From Styela clava (taxonomy: Eukaryota), in contig NC_135255.1 in NCBI RefSeq assembly GCF_964204865.1, positions 10,230,001 to 10,294,000 on the forward strand: a DNA stretch of 64,000 nucleotides, written 5' to 3'. The position numbers were made by a program, and so were the translations under genes. A model generated the notes under the pieces. It was given only the letters and a program-made list of their open reading frames with translations, did not search any database and was not told the origin of the DNA. This document shows, one piece after another, positions 27,336 to 40,400 of the stretch (positions are counted from its first letter, which is position 1; the number at the start of each line of letters is the position of its first letter).

Positions 27336-28435
27336 ATGCGTTTTGTACTCTCCACGATATTCTGCACCTTAATTGCCCTTAGCTGTGCTTACGCCTTTTT
27401 GTTGATAAATTTGCCAAAGTTCGAATTAGAGGAAGGAGTAAATGACGAAGACGGCACGATGTCTTTTTCAAGGCGGCCTCCATTTATACGCGGAGCATTT
27501 ACTCGGATGAATGGAAGGTGGGTGAATGTGCACAATATTGTAACAATATCTACTTCTTCATTTCCGTAGATTTATTATAACCCTGAGTATATGTCGTATA
27601 TATCACCTTTCGTTAAATAAAATCTGAAATGCTGTTGGATAAAGCTTCTAAAGTAGCAACAAAACATTTTGTAATATTCTTGTGTTATATCACTTCGAGT
27701 TTTTTTCCTGTTAATAATCAAAATTGAATTCTTTTTTTAGAAGATGTGTGGCCATGCGAGCCGATATCCATTTACTTATAAATATTACGTTTTTATTCAA
27801 AATAACTTCGAAACATAGATTAATAATCATTTAAAACGTGTAGGATAGATTCCTTGCAATCGACTAGGTAAAAAAAAAATCGTGTTGTTGACTAGGTCTT
27901 ATTTTAGGTGGAGGGCTTATTTAAAAAAAAATTAAATTCAAGCTAGGTCTTATTTTCAGGGTAGGTCTTATTTTCGGGGAAACACGGTAGAAGTGAATAA
28001 CCATTATTTCAATACAAATATATCCTGTGGTTGAAAGTGGAAACTAAAATAGGCTACTAAAATATTTCTCTAACTTTGTTTATAAAATGGTCTGTATTCA
28101 ATAAAGATATTATTTTATTCGGACTTCTTTTTCTCATATTTTTAAGGCGAACTCACGTCGTACCGTCGGATGGCTGGAAACGCAAAAAGAGAGAAATACA
28201 ACACCAGGAAGGCGAGTTTGCTATTTATTTTATTACACATTGCACCTGTCATATCAAATATAAAATCTTGTTGAATAGTTTTGTCGAAATACTTGAAGGA
28301 TTTTATGTTTTGCTTTCGATTGTATGTTTGTCTGTTATATAGAGCACTTAATTGCAAACATTAAAATAACGTTTTTTATTACTATTTTGTTTTACATATG
28401 CAGCCATAGACGAAGACATAGCACTTTTTGAGTGA
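27336..28435 (+). CDS. Small secreted prepropeptide (neuropeptide/hormone or host-defence peptide precursor), about 92 aa, 3 exons (27336-27517, 28147-28211, 28404-28435)
   Basis: Signal peptide MRFVLSTIFCTLIALSCAYA, acidic spacer, then RR-PPFIRGAFTRMNG-RR-THVVPSDGW-KRKKR-EIQHQEAIDEDIALFE*. TATAAAA near 27244 and AATAAA at 28482. Confidence 0.65.
27890..27990. mobile_element. Terminal fragment of a Tc2/pogo-like DNA transposon
   Basis: Repeated TAGGTCTTATTTT ending in CGGGGAAACACGG-TA. Confidence 0.55.
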
Positions 28436-29806
28436 AAGAAGAAGAAAGAAGAAATCTATTTTAAAATACTTTTTGTACAATAATAAATCTTTGCAATACG
28501 AAAAAAATCTCTTAAACGTTTCACATTTATGCGTTTTCTCTACGCAAGCGCTACTGACGAGGATGGTGTGGGAACCAAATCTAACTCAAGATGTAACAGA
28601 TTTTAATCGCGACACCCCAAACAAGGATAATTACTTACAAGTCAAGTTTATTTTTTCCAACCAGAAAAAAAGTCAGTTTCACACAAAATATGAGGAAGAT
28701 AGAAAATCACACATTTCATCTGGGGAAGGGAAGCCGAGAGGAACCAATGCTGGTTATCGAGCAGCGAGATCTAAATACAAAAAATACGCTTCGTTGGTTC
28801 GAAACACGTGCATTCAAGCTTGCTTAAAAGTCGGTTATATGAAACTGATACTATTGTGTTTGTTGTTTAACCGCGAGCGAGCCTAACTTCAAAAAATCGT
28901 CTGATTTTTGTGCAGATAGTGTGATATCCTATTTTTAATCTTGGTTTATTTTAGTTAACATTTCACAACTTACCAAGTTTATAAAAAACCAGAAATATAA
29001 AATTTCATTTTATTATTATTATTACTTGTCCCCACAAATTGTTTCTACGAAGATTCCCCACACAACAGAGGTTAAACTTGAGACACAGTGACGTAATGGG
29101 TAAAAAAAAATACTGAAAGAAGAGTCATATAAAAAAAATAAAAAAATTTATTTAGACCAAAAATCAGCAAAGCAGTCAAAAAATGTTTGATAAAAACAAA
29201 AATCACAAATTCTTGAAATTTCGGAATCATATTAAAATTAATTCCTGAGTATGGATTAGAAAATATGTCTAAATCACTGAAATTGGGGATCGGATTTCCC
29301 GGTATCCCATCCCCATTGCTTACTTAGGAATCGAATTCATATTACCGACACCAAAACAAATTGTATTTTTTCGGCCGTAGTTGTTATAAGAATATGAGCA
29401 TCCATATTTCCACAAATCGGAGGTTTCAATACGAAAGTCAACTGTTGACATTTGGAAAACAAAATTATTCGAAAATATTGCAAAAATTGGTGTTTTTATG
29501 CTGGTAATTCAATAATTATTTGCACGCAGTATTCAAAAAGTATTCTAATAAAAATTTACAGGAGTTCAAAACCAATAATCTCCGTTTTTAACTTTTTTTT
29601 AAAACAGTCTCAAAATTTTTTTTTATCAAATCCTTCTAAATATAAATTTACGGTTATCCACTTCTTTGTCTCTTTCACTCGATGTCATAATTGAGTGTTT
29701 GTTTAATATATCCGACGCAGTCAAGCAAAAAATTCTCCCGAGACACGTCGCCGATAACAGCATTTTTTTGGTCGTAGCTGGTGTTTTCCGCCGCTAGTAT
29801 TGTAAT

Positions 29807-30355
29807 ATGTGCCTGAAAGACGCAAAAATAGCAGCCTATTTGACGTTGCTGACGGTATTTTACTGTACATCGTATGCCCAAGATGCATGTTCTGATCTTT
29901 TACCAGGACAATACCGCTGTGCTGAACCTCAAATAGATGAGCATACTCAGGCTGTTGCCAACTGCACACCAGCTGGCAAGTCGAAGATTGACTGCTATCC
30001 TGTCAATGGTATAACATGTGATGGGAAATCGTTTAATGGAAGCCAAATTGGTTTCGAAAAACTAATAAACTGTACATATACTAATGGATATTCTTATACA
30101 ACAGCACTTGGACTTTCAATTTTTCTTGGTTGGTTAGGGATAGATAGATTTTATTTAGGTTATCCAGCACTGGGATTATTGAAGTTTTGCACCTGTGGCA
30201 TTTTTGGCTTAGGTGCATTTTTTGATTTTTTATTAATTGCATTGCAAGTTGTTCTTCCTGCCGATGGTTCAAATTATGTCATTGATCTCTATGGACCCCG
30301 ATTGCGGGAAATTTCTATAAATGCTGAAACTTATTTTAAACCACAACTTGAATGA
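29807..30355 (+). CDS. TM2D1: TM2 domain-containing protein 1 (beta-amyloid-binding protein-like), intronless
   Basis: Signal peptide, CSDLLPGQYRC...PQIDEHTQ, NGYSYTTALGLSIFLGWLGIDRFYLGYPALGLLKFCT..DFLLIALQVVLPADGSNY. Confidence 0.93.
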   Translation: MCLKDAKIAAYLTLLTVFYCTSYAQDACSDLLPGQYRCAEPQIDEHTQAVANCTPAGKSKIDCYPVNGITCDGKSFNGSQIGFEKLINCTYTNGYSYTTALGLSIFLGWLGIDRFYLGYPALGLLKFCTCGIFGLGAFFDFLLIALQVVLPADGSNYVIDLYGPRLREISINAETYFKPQLE

Positions 30356-31417
30356 TAATTTTAGACTGTTTTTGTATACTATATCCAGATATATGTATAC
30401 TCTTATTTAACACTGTGCTATTTCTATTGATCTTATTAGAAGCAATAATCCAGTATGACCCAATTTGTCAAAATTATTAAGTGTAACTAGTCAGAATATA
30501 TCATTCTGAAGTTATTCTCCTGTATTTGACTGCATACTAATATGTTTTCTGTGGTTCCGCTGAGCTAATAATATACCAATTTAAACTGGCCCTGATTTGG
30601 TTTTCTCAATTTTCAGTGCTCAAAATGTCATTCACTTGACTGAGTTGAACTGTATTATTTTTTTATTTGAGCCTGAAAAAAAATTCTTCAGATATTTAGT
30701 TTTTCAGTAATCTTTTGTCATTTTTCACTCATTTTGCAACTTTTTTTTGTATTGCTGTGTGGATATATGAAAAATCCGTTGTTATCTGTTTCATTTTTCA
30801 AACCAACAATAGTCTTTATATGTAATAGTAGTTTTGTTTTTTTTTAAGGGACATTCATAGTATGTTTCTATTTGAATGGAAAACTGCCTGTCATAATATG
30901 TTATTTAGAATGCAAATTTTTCTGATAGGATTATACCATTGCCATTCCATGCATTCTATTTCATATCTCAGATGATGAATATGGATGAATTTTGGAAAAA
31001 TTATTGTTTTTATTTAATTTTTTCTGTGTTGTGCAGTATACTATTTTACCCGACTCAAAAGCAAAGCCTCAAGCGACCATTGAGAACTTTAGGAGTGTTA
31101 GTAAATTATCTATGAACCTAATTTGGTAAAGATATGTTAGTCTTGCCATATTAACTTAACAAAACTGCTCTTGGTGAATGAGAGAGCAACAATTGCGCAA
31201 TTTTTATTGTGAAGCTGTAAATGTCTCACTTTACAAGCTACGATCTGCTATATAACATAACTTTCTTTTCAATGCAAGCTTTAAAATAGTATACCCCCTA
31301 TTACTCCTGTTTTTTAATTTTTTTTATCATGTTTCTAAAATGCAATGTATTATTTTGTTCAAATATTTTTTGTTTTATTTGATAGATATTTAGATGTGCT
31401 AGTGCTTGACTTACAGA

Positions 31418-34400
31418 ATGACATCAGCAGAAAGCATTTGTCACACTCTAATCAATGTACCGTCTGTTACTGATTCGGAGCCATCTAATGAATCACAATT
31501 AAAAGCAGATATCGAACATGGCGATATTCGTACTAAAACAGACGCTTTGAAACGCGTCATATTAATGACATTGAATGGAGAAAAACTTCATGGTATGATT
31601 TTTTTTGGTATTCAAATAAAATAGTTTATGATTATAATATGTCACATTCTTTTTCAACATATTTTGGGTTATTCATGAGTAATATAATAGTGCATACCAA
31701 AATATAAAAATTTAATAATATTGAACAAATATTTCAAAATAATTGGATCCATAGTATTAATCTTCAGTGCTGAGCAGAAACTGAAGTCATACAATTTTTT
31801 AAATTGTGAATAGATTTTATCGATACCATATAATATATATATTATAGTTCGTTTGCCTCTACGGGTTTATATGAGGTAAAAAATGGAAACCGATTAAAAT
31901 AAAACAAGCCTGGTTAGGATAGATTGAGAATTGACTTCATTACGAAATTAAAATTGTAACAGGACTTTATGAATACCTTGTGTATATAGCATAGCGTAAT
32001 ATGTATCGTATGTCTTTCTTCGGAAGATAAAGAAATTGGTTGAAACCGTACATTTGAACCCACGGCAATTGCACCTGCTTACTATCATATCTAAGGATTT
32101 TTTATTGTTACACGGATATTTGAACCCATACTAACACTAACCCATGGGTTTTAGCCCTCACATATATATTGAACCAGCGGATATACACATGGGTTCAAAT
32201 GTACGGTCACCAAAGAAATTCAAGTTATATAAGTAAGGAGATAAGCCACATCAAAATTTAAAATTTTTTGACTGTATTATAGAATAAATTATTTTGTGAT
32301 AATTTGATCTGGGATATTCATTTACAGTCTGATTTGAATCCAACTGTATTTTTATACAGTATAATGAATATGTCTTTTGAATAGCTTGGAATGAAGTTAC
32401 ATTTTTGTGATTCGATTCAATGCAATTGATTTAAATTATTGCATTCTTTATTACAAGGATTATTGATGACAATCATCAAATACTTGTTGCCTTCTGAAGA
32501 TCATACTATCAAGAAATTATTGTTGATATTTTGGGAAATATGGCCCAAGACGGACAACGATGGAAAATTGAGGCCTGAGATGATTCTAGTTTGTGATGCT
32601 TATAGAAAGGTGGGCTGCTTGATCATTCATGAATTCTATTAAAATTACGCTGAATAAGCATTTAATATGGAGGATTCCCAATATTTTACTAGATAATTGA
32701 TACATTCGGTTATAAATTGGAAGCCAAATTAAAGCTTGATTGATCAAATTTCAAGTCAAGTTTATGGGTGTAAGTGTAACGGCCTAGTGGTGGCAGCGTT
32801 GGGCTTAAACATGTTGGTTATATTAATGAAATCTTGAGTTTTAATCCTATGCCCAGCAACTGACCTAATGTATAATATATTGGATAGATAAGGCCAACTG
32901 GACAGATTTCAGTCCTTCTAAAATATAGTGCAATGGCTGCTTGTTTGGAGTGGAAGATGTTTAAAATGTTGCATGGAAAAGTAATATGTAGTCAACTATC
33001 AATATCTTAGCATTGGTAATGTGTACTATGCCATTAATATCTTAGCATCGATAATGTCTACGAGACACGGCGACACTGTTTCATTGTTTTTTATCTGTTT
33101 GAATGATAAATCCCTATGTTGAAAATTGACTATTAAATTGTTTTAAAATTTATCTTTGTTTTGTTATGTATGACATTTTGATTAAATACAGTTCTGGATT
33201 ACAGTTCTTGAAGGTTGTCTTTTATTGCAGGATTTGCAACATCCCAATGAGTTCATTCGAGGTTCTACACTTCGTTTCTTGTGTAAACTTCGTCAGGCAG
33301 AACTGCTTGAACCACTAATGCCTGCTATTCGTGCCTGTCTTGAACACAGACATAGCTATGTAAGAAGAAATGCAGTTCTTGCCATTTATACTATATTCAG
33401 GTAAGTATTCCAAAACACAACCACTATCTGAAATATGAACAACCCTTATAAGGAATGCAATTATTTCAGTCACACTAGGGCAGCATTTCTCAACCCAACA
33501 GGCAGAAAAAACAGAACGATTACTATTCTTTGTATGCAGTTTTGCTTATATTATTTGGTTATTCAGTTAATATTCGATATATATATATATATTGGATGCT
33601 TTGAAGTTCAAACAAACAACAGAAACAGTTTTCCGCATAGTGAGGGAGTAATAAGGGGATCTAAAAATAGACAAAGGCAGGAATATATTGAGAAAAATTG
33701 TAGACCACTGCAGTTAGGGATTTTGCTTTTCATGTGATTTTGACAACAGTCTCTCTTCTCCACATCTGTTTACAGACATTATTTATCTTCCAGGAAATTT
33801 GAAAATTTGATTCCTGATGCTCCAGAACTTATTCATGAGTTTCTGGAAGGAGAAAAAGATGCTTCGTGTAAACGAAACGCATTCATGATGTTGATTCATG
33901 CTGATCAAGAACGAGCTTTGGATTACTTGAGCACTTGTATTGACCAAGTAAGAGTTTTGTATTTAGTATGACACACATTGCCTGTTATTATTGTGTATAT
34001 CTCAGTTTCAGTTTTTACTTATATATTTTAGTGCAATGTGTTTGTCGCATGCTTGTATCAGAGTTATCCAAAAGAATGGTTAGTGTACTTCCAAACATAT
34101 TCATTTTCAATATTGTAATTTATTGAATTTAGAAATGATTTCTTTGAAAATGTGGGCATTTCAAGAATTTGCCTCTTAGGCAAGTTCATGATCCAAAACT
34201 TGTTTTATTCAACTTTTCCGAATAACAAAACTTGAAACTTTATTATTATGCAATGACCTCAGGCGTATTCTCTATAAAATATATCACATTTCATGATATA
34301 GAATGCTAATATTGCTTAGTGGTGTTGGAGTCTCCAATCTCTATTTAGAATAGTGAATTATTTGTTACCGGCTAATCGGCTATCCCTGGCATATATTTCA

Positions 34401-37400
34401 TGATTTTGCAAACTGGTATTTCTGTTATGAACTTTATTGTGAATCTTGCTGTAGTAGTTTTCTAAACAGGTAAATTCCTCTTTTTTTGATTACCATTATA
34501 TCGCTATGACTCAATTTAATTATGTAGGTTCAAATCCGATGGGTAATAAATGTGGGAGACATTTGCTGATTGCTGTACCCTTCAATCTCCACCATTGTAG
34601 GGTTGTTCTATTACCACTGGTCGGTACTGCCGTCCTCTCACATATGGACCTGTAACTGGACAAGGGGGCTGGCTGAATGATTAAGCCATCTTTTTAACTT
34701 TTTCCACTTTACAAGATGAATATGACAATCCTATCTTAATTTATTACCTATATTCAAAATCTATTGTTTTCCATTTTTTCTAGGTGAATACATTCAATGA
34801 TATTCTGCAGCTTGTTATCGTTGAACTTGTTTACAAAGTTTGTCATGCAAATCCAGGAGAAAGAGCAAGATTTATTCGATGCATATATAATCTATTGCAG
34901 TCATCTAGCCCAGCTGTTCGTTATGAAGCTGCAGGAACTTTGGTCACTTTGTCCAGTGCCCCAACCGCTGTCCGGTGAGTAAAACATAAACTGGGCATCT
35001 AAAATGAAAAATAAAATATCAACCCATCAATGTTTGTGAACTTTATTAAATTGTGATTAAATAAATACTGTTAAACTATTAAATACTAATATATGAGAAA
35101 ATGTGATGGTTTAGTGGTTGAATGATGAACTTAACGATGTTGATATCATTAGTTGAAAAATTGTACAGATACTTGATGGTTTCGATGATTAATTTAAACT
35201 TTTATGATGATATTTGAGCCAGTGTTTCTGAAAATTGCCCAATGCAGTAGGCCAAGGATGTTTTTTTGTAGACTACAGAAAAAGACCATCACAAAGTACC
35301 ATTTCTCATGACTAAATTGAACTTATGATTTGGTCAAAGCTTTGATCGCGTCTAGGCGTCAGGATCCCCAAGTGTCTAGAGTTTTAGAAAGGGGGCAATG
35401 GGTTAAGAAATCAACAGCACTATATTACAAGGACGACTTCCATTGATTTTTCTTTAGTTGCTGATCCCCCATTTTTTAAACTATATTTCAGTGCTGCCGC
35501 CCAATGCTACGTTGAGCTAATTGTGAAAGAAGCTGACAACAATGTCAAACTTATTGTGCTGGATAGATTGATTGAATTGAGAGATCACCCCAGTCATGAA
35601 AAAGTTCTTCAGGTATGTCCTAACCTATATTCTATTTCGAGTATTTTCCTGATTGTGTGACTATGGACATAAAATCTTTATGAACGACAATGTCTAAATC
35701 TAACATATTATTTGTTCTAAACCTGCATTCCCCAGAAAGACACTGACAAATAGGATTTTTCATTTGTCCTTGGCCTTTTTCGTGACTTGTATGCTTCATG
35801 TAAAGCCTTCTCACTAATATATCATTTATTAATCTTCATTTGTAAACATTTGTTGGCATTGGCGTGTGTTCACAATGTGTTAAGAATTGCTTCTTTATAC
35901 TTATTTTTAAACAAATTTTCAAGTCTCTTAATTTGTTAAGAAAAATAATTGTTTTATTTTCAGGAACTTGTGATGGACATTCTTCGTGCTCTTTCCTCAC
36001 CTGATCTTGAGGTCCGTGAAAAAACTTTGAATCTGGCTCTGGATCTTGTGTCATCCAGAAATGTGGAAGATCTCGTTAAATTCTTGGAAAAAGAGGTTGG
36101 TATTTTGTTAGTATATTAGAAAAGGAAATGTTCATGTCATTCAAGTACAATTATGTTGGAAACAGAATTTCTTCATTTGGGCACAACTTCATGATGGATT
36201 TTAACTTTATATTTTCCATTATTCTTCATATGATAGGATATTATGGAGTTATCTTTTCAGTATATTTAACAATATCCATTGTGAATTGGGTAACTTGTGA
36301 CCAAATTCTGAACGAGCTGTCTGCGCGAACACCACACTGCTAAATCCAACATTTATTGTGGTTTCAAGAACATCATACGCCAAATAAAATTCCGTCTCAT
36401 CTTTTTTCTATCAGATTTCAAAATCGACCAGTGCTCAAGGACATGATGATACTGATAAATACAGACAGTTATTAGTTCGAGCCATGCATCAATGTACTAT
36501 CAAGTTTCCAGATACTTCTTCTGTTGTTATTCCAGTGGTAAGTTATATCTTGGTTACATACATAATGGGATGATATAACTTCGTTGATATTATCATTATT
36601 CCAAATAACAAAAGAGAAATGCTCAAACATATGGACGCCAAAGTCGTATGACTACAGCAATGTCATCAAAATCCCTGCCAGATGATAAAAAGAATTGTAC
36701 CCTATCAAATGTGAAGTAGTGCTCATGTAAATCTGTTTTCCTGAATTATTGAAGACATCAAAATTAGGGATAAAATATCTGGCCTAGTAGAAGTCTTCAG
36801 TCTTCAAGGACTGAAAATTTGAATTCTGTTAGTTGTGAAGAAACTAAATTTTTTCACTATCCCAACACAGCAACAATAATTCATCAAAGTGATTCATAGG
36901 TTCATATTGTGTCCAATTAGTTGTCGAAAAGTTTTAATAGAACTTTGACACCTATATATGCACCCTCTGTAAATTTGAATGCAATAATCCCGGTGAAAAA
37001 ATATTTTGTTCAGCTGATGGAGTTTCTCAGTGACAGCAATGAACTTGCGGCTGGTGATGTTCTTGTATTTGTTAGAGAAGCTGTTCAAAGATACGATCAA
37101 CATAAATCTCTCATACTCGATAAGCTACTCGAAGTATTCTCTTCTATCAGGAATTTGAAGTGAGACTGAATCATTGAGTATTGCTAATATGCAGTCTTAT
37201 TTTTCATCATTGACTAGTTAAAATTTGCAATCAAGATCAACACATGTTATATTATTTAATACCGGTATAAGTTGATTCGTTCAGTTTTGATTGATGTAAA
37301 TCAAAACATCAGTATTCATCAAGTCTAAAGGCAAGCGAAAAAATTATGACTCAATCGTGAAAATCTGGAGGATTCCAAAATACAATATGATAAACATTCT

Positions 37401-40400
37401 GCCACAATTTGATCGTTGAGAAATATTCAAGTATTCATGAAAATTTCGGTGGAATTTTAGGTACTGCCGTAGTATGTGTACCCAGTTAAGGTTATAGCTT
37501 ATGCCATAATTTTATTCAGATTTCCCCCTATTTTAGTTATATTAAGAGTTACTTGATGTAAAATAGGCGAACACAATTAGCTGCCTCCATATTGGTAGAC
37601 ATGCATCTGGAGCGATGAATTTTATGACAGCTCCGAGAAATAAATTTTATAACGAGATCTTTGCTAGCGTCTTCTATAATTTACATTTAGGTTGACGATG
37701 CTTAGTCAGCTTAATCTATTTTAGAATTTTGGGTCATAGATTTAGCGTTCAAATTTTAACTCTCTACCCCAAGAATTCAGAATTGCATCTCTGTCAAGGA
37801 GTTCGAAAGTGCAACTTTATCTCTGACCTCATATCCTAGCAATAAAAGCATGTCATGCTTGGGACTCCAGATTTCACAGGCCTGTGTGATTCTGAAAAAT
37901 TTATTTAATATTTTTTCATTGTGACCATTTTTTGTACCCTGTTCATGCTTGTTAGCTGATTGACAAAAATCAAACTCATGCTTTTTTGTTTATTTTGTGC
38001 AGAATAATGCGTGGTGTGTTGTGGATCTTGGGTGAATATTGCGATGGAATCGAAAGGATTCTGCATTTCATGGATGACGTTAGAAAATGCGTCGGTGAAC
38101 TTCCAATCGTTGAAAATGAATTGAAATTGGCTGCTGGAGAAATGCCTGAAGAAAAACCAGAGGAAAAATCAACTAATGATAAGGTATGTTGTTGAAATTA
38201 TGTTTATACGAGTGTACCTAATCGAAGTGAAATCTCTCTCTAGGGAAGAGATTTTGTTTTCTAGTAGGAAATACTGAACTATGTCTCTGATTTCATTGTA
38301 ATTTCACTAATATAGTTCAGTTATTTAGTAATATTGTAATACATGTGGGCACATTATAAACTATTTAAAATATGCAAAAGCCAAAGTACAAGTTGTGCGT
38401 AATACTACCTAAGGATTCTTTGAATATTGAACAAATAACAAAAAGTCTCATCAACTTTTTTTTCGTTTTAGAAAAAGGAAAAACAAAAGAAGCAGAAAGT
38501 TACAGAGATGGGAACATATGCTACTCAGTCGGCACTCAGTGTCGCAGTCAGACCAAAATCGAAGGATGAGCAACGACCACCGTTGCTCAATTTTTTCATG
38601 AATGGGGATTTTTCTCTCTCGTCCTCGCTTGCTACTGCCCTCACTAAACTTGCTTTGAGATTTCGAGAAGTTTGCTCTGATCCTAGGAAACAAAATGTAA
38701 GTGAAGATTATCAATTTTTAGTGTGCCAAATTTGTATATACAGTATCTTAGAACTAAAAATGGTTTAAAGATATATACCGGTAGTCTGAACACAACTCAA
38801 CCCAGTGAATTTCAAATTTTCATGATCTGTGGCCCCAGCAATTGAAATGAAAAGAATTGAATAAATTACAGTCAAAATTAAGCTTATTACAGCTAATTGG
38901 CTTCTAATTAATATTGTCATCCCAAATAGTAACTAGCGAAGGAGTCGCTCTTGTGAGGCTGAGAAATTTGACCTGACCAAAGTCTAATCATTTTTTGAAG
39001 GCAGTGTTCCCTCCTGTTTTTGTACAATTGAGCAGCCTGGACTTCATTTCTTTTCACTCTTGTGCTTGACTTTTTTCCGAATAATAAGATATTGACAAAC
39101 TATTATACTGTATTTTTTCTTTCAATAAAGAGAACGAAACTTGCAATCATATATATTTCATGTATTTATTCAATTCCACTCTAACTAATTTTTTGAAAAT
39201 AATTTTACTTACATAAACCCACTTTTTTGCAGTCATTCAATGCTCAATGCATGTTGATATTGTCGAGTGTGTTACATCTCGGTAAATCTGGACTTCCTAC
39301 TAAATCTATCACTGACGATGATGAATCAAGAATTACACTTTGTTTGAAGGTAAGTGTTACAACATTATGATGTCATATTCATTTTGTTCGGATTGGGTAT
39401 CGGGCTTAGGCTTCGATACTTTTATAATTTTATTCAAGATCATTTCATTGCTTATTCTGTTTATTTTTTTGTTGACAGTGAATTTATATCGTTAATTTCA
39501 TTTCTTTCAAGGTGTTGGCGGATTGTTTGCCACTCATGACTGAAATATTTAACGAACGTTGTCGTGAATCACTTTCCTCTCTACTTGCTGTACGTTCTGC
39601 AGAAGAAGCTCAAAAACAGAAAGCCGCTGCTAAGAATAGAAGTGCTCTTACTTCTGTGCAGGTTAGAATTGAATGTTTGACTTAATTGCTTTGTGAAGAT
39701 GTTGCTGCTGGAAGTCTTGTTATGTGTCATTGCGTATGCGAATATACTTTAATATCATTAATATCCTGTGCAAGTTCAATAAAATTAACATTTTTTATTT
39801 CTTTTGCGTTTGCTCAGTGTTTTAGCTTAACTGGGAATAAAATCTTCATTTTAAAAAGGCAAACTGAAGTTATGCAAAATATCAGAAATCCACATTTTGA
39901 TGTCCCTCTCTTGTTACTACTCATCTATGTTATATGTTTGAAAATATGAATGGAAAATTTAGCTATTAATATACTTTTGTTAAGCCCGATGATCCGATCA
40001 AGTTCCTTCAACTTCTTGAAAAGACTGAATCAGGAACATTAGAAGATCAATTTGAATTAAGTTTAAGCGCAGCTGTTGGTTCTGCAGCTCAGAAGAAAGA
40101 AGCCAGGGATCCTCTTGCTTCAAAATTAAACAAGGTAATAATATATGATAACAAAAGAAAATGTTAAATAATGCACTCCTATCTTGAATATATAGGGTGA
40201 TAAAGTCATGTTTCAATTACAATATTGTTATGAAGTCAGTTCTCCATATATCCTAACCAGTTTTATTTTTACTTCATTTAGTACACTTTTAAACGCATCA
40301 CAATATTTTGTTTCTTTGTGGGCAAGTTGATAAGCAGAATATTTTACATTTTATTTAAAGATATTCCTATAATTTTACTTCCAATGAAGTCCATGATGGT

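Noticed and set aside
28428-28886. 152-aa plus-strand ORF
   Set aside because: It has a non-ATG start, overlaps the 3'UTR and polyA signal of the peptide precursor, and has no recognisable domain.
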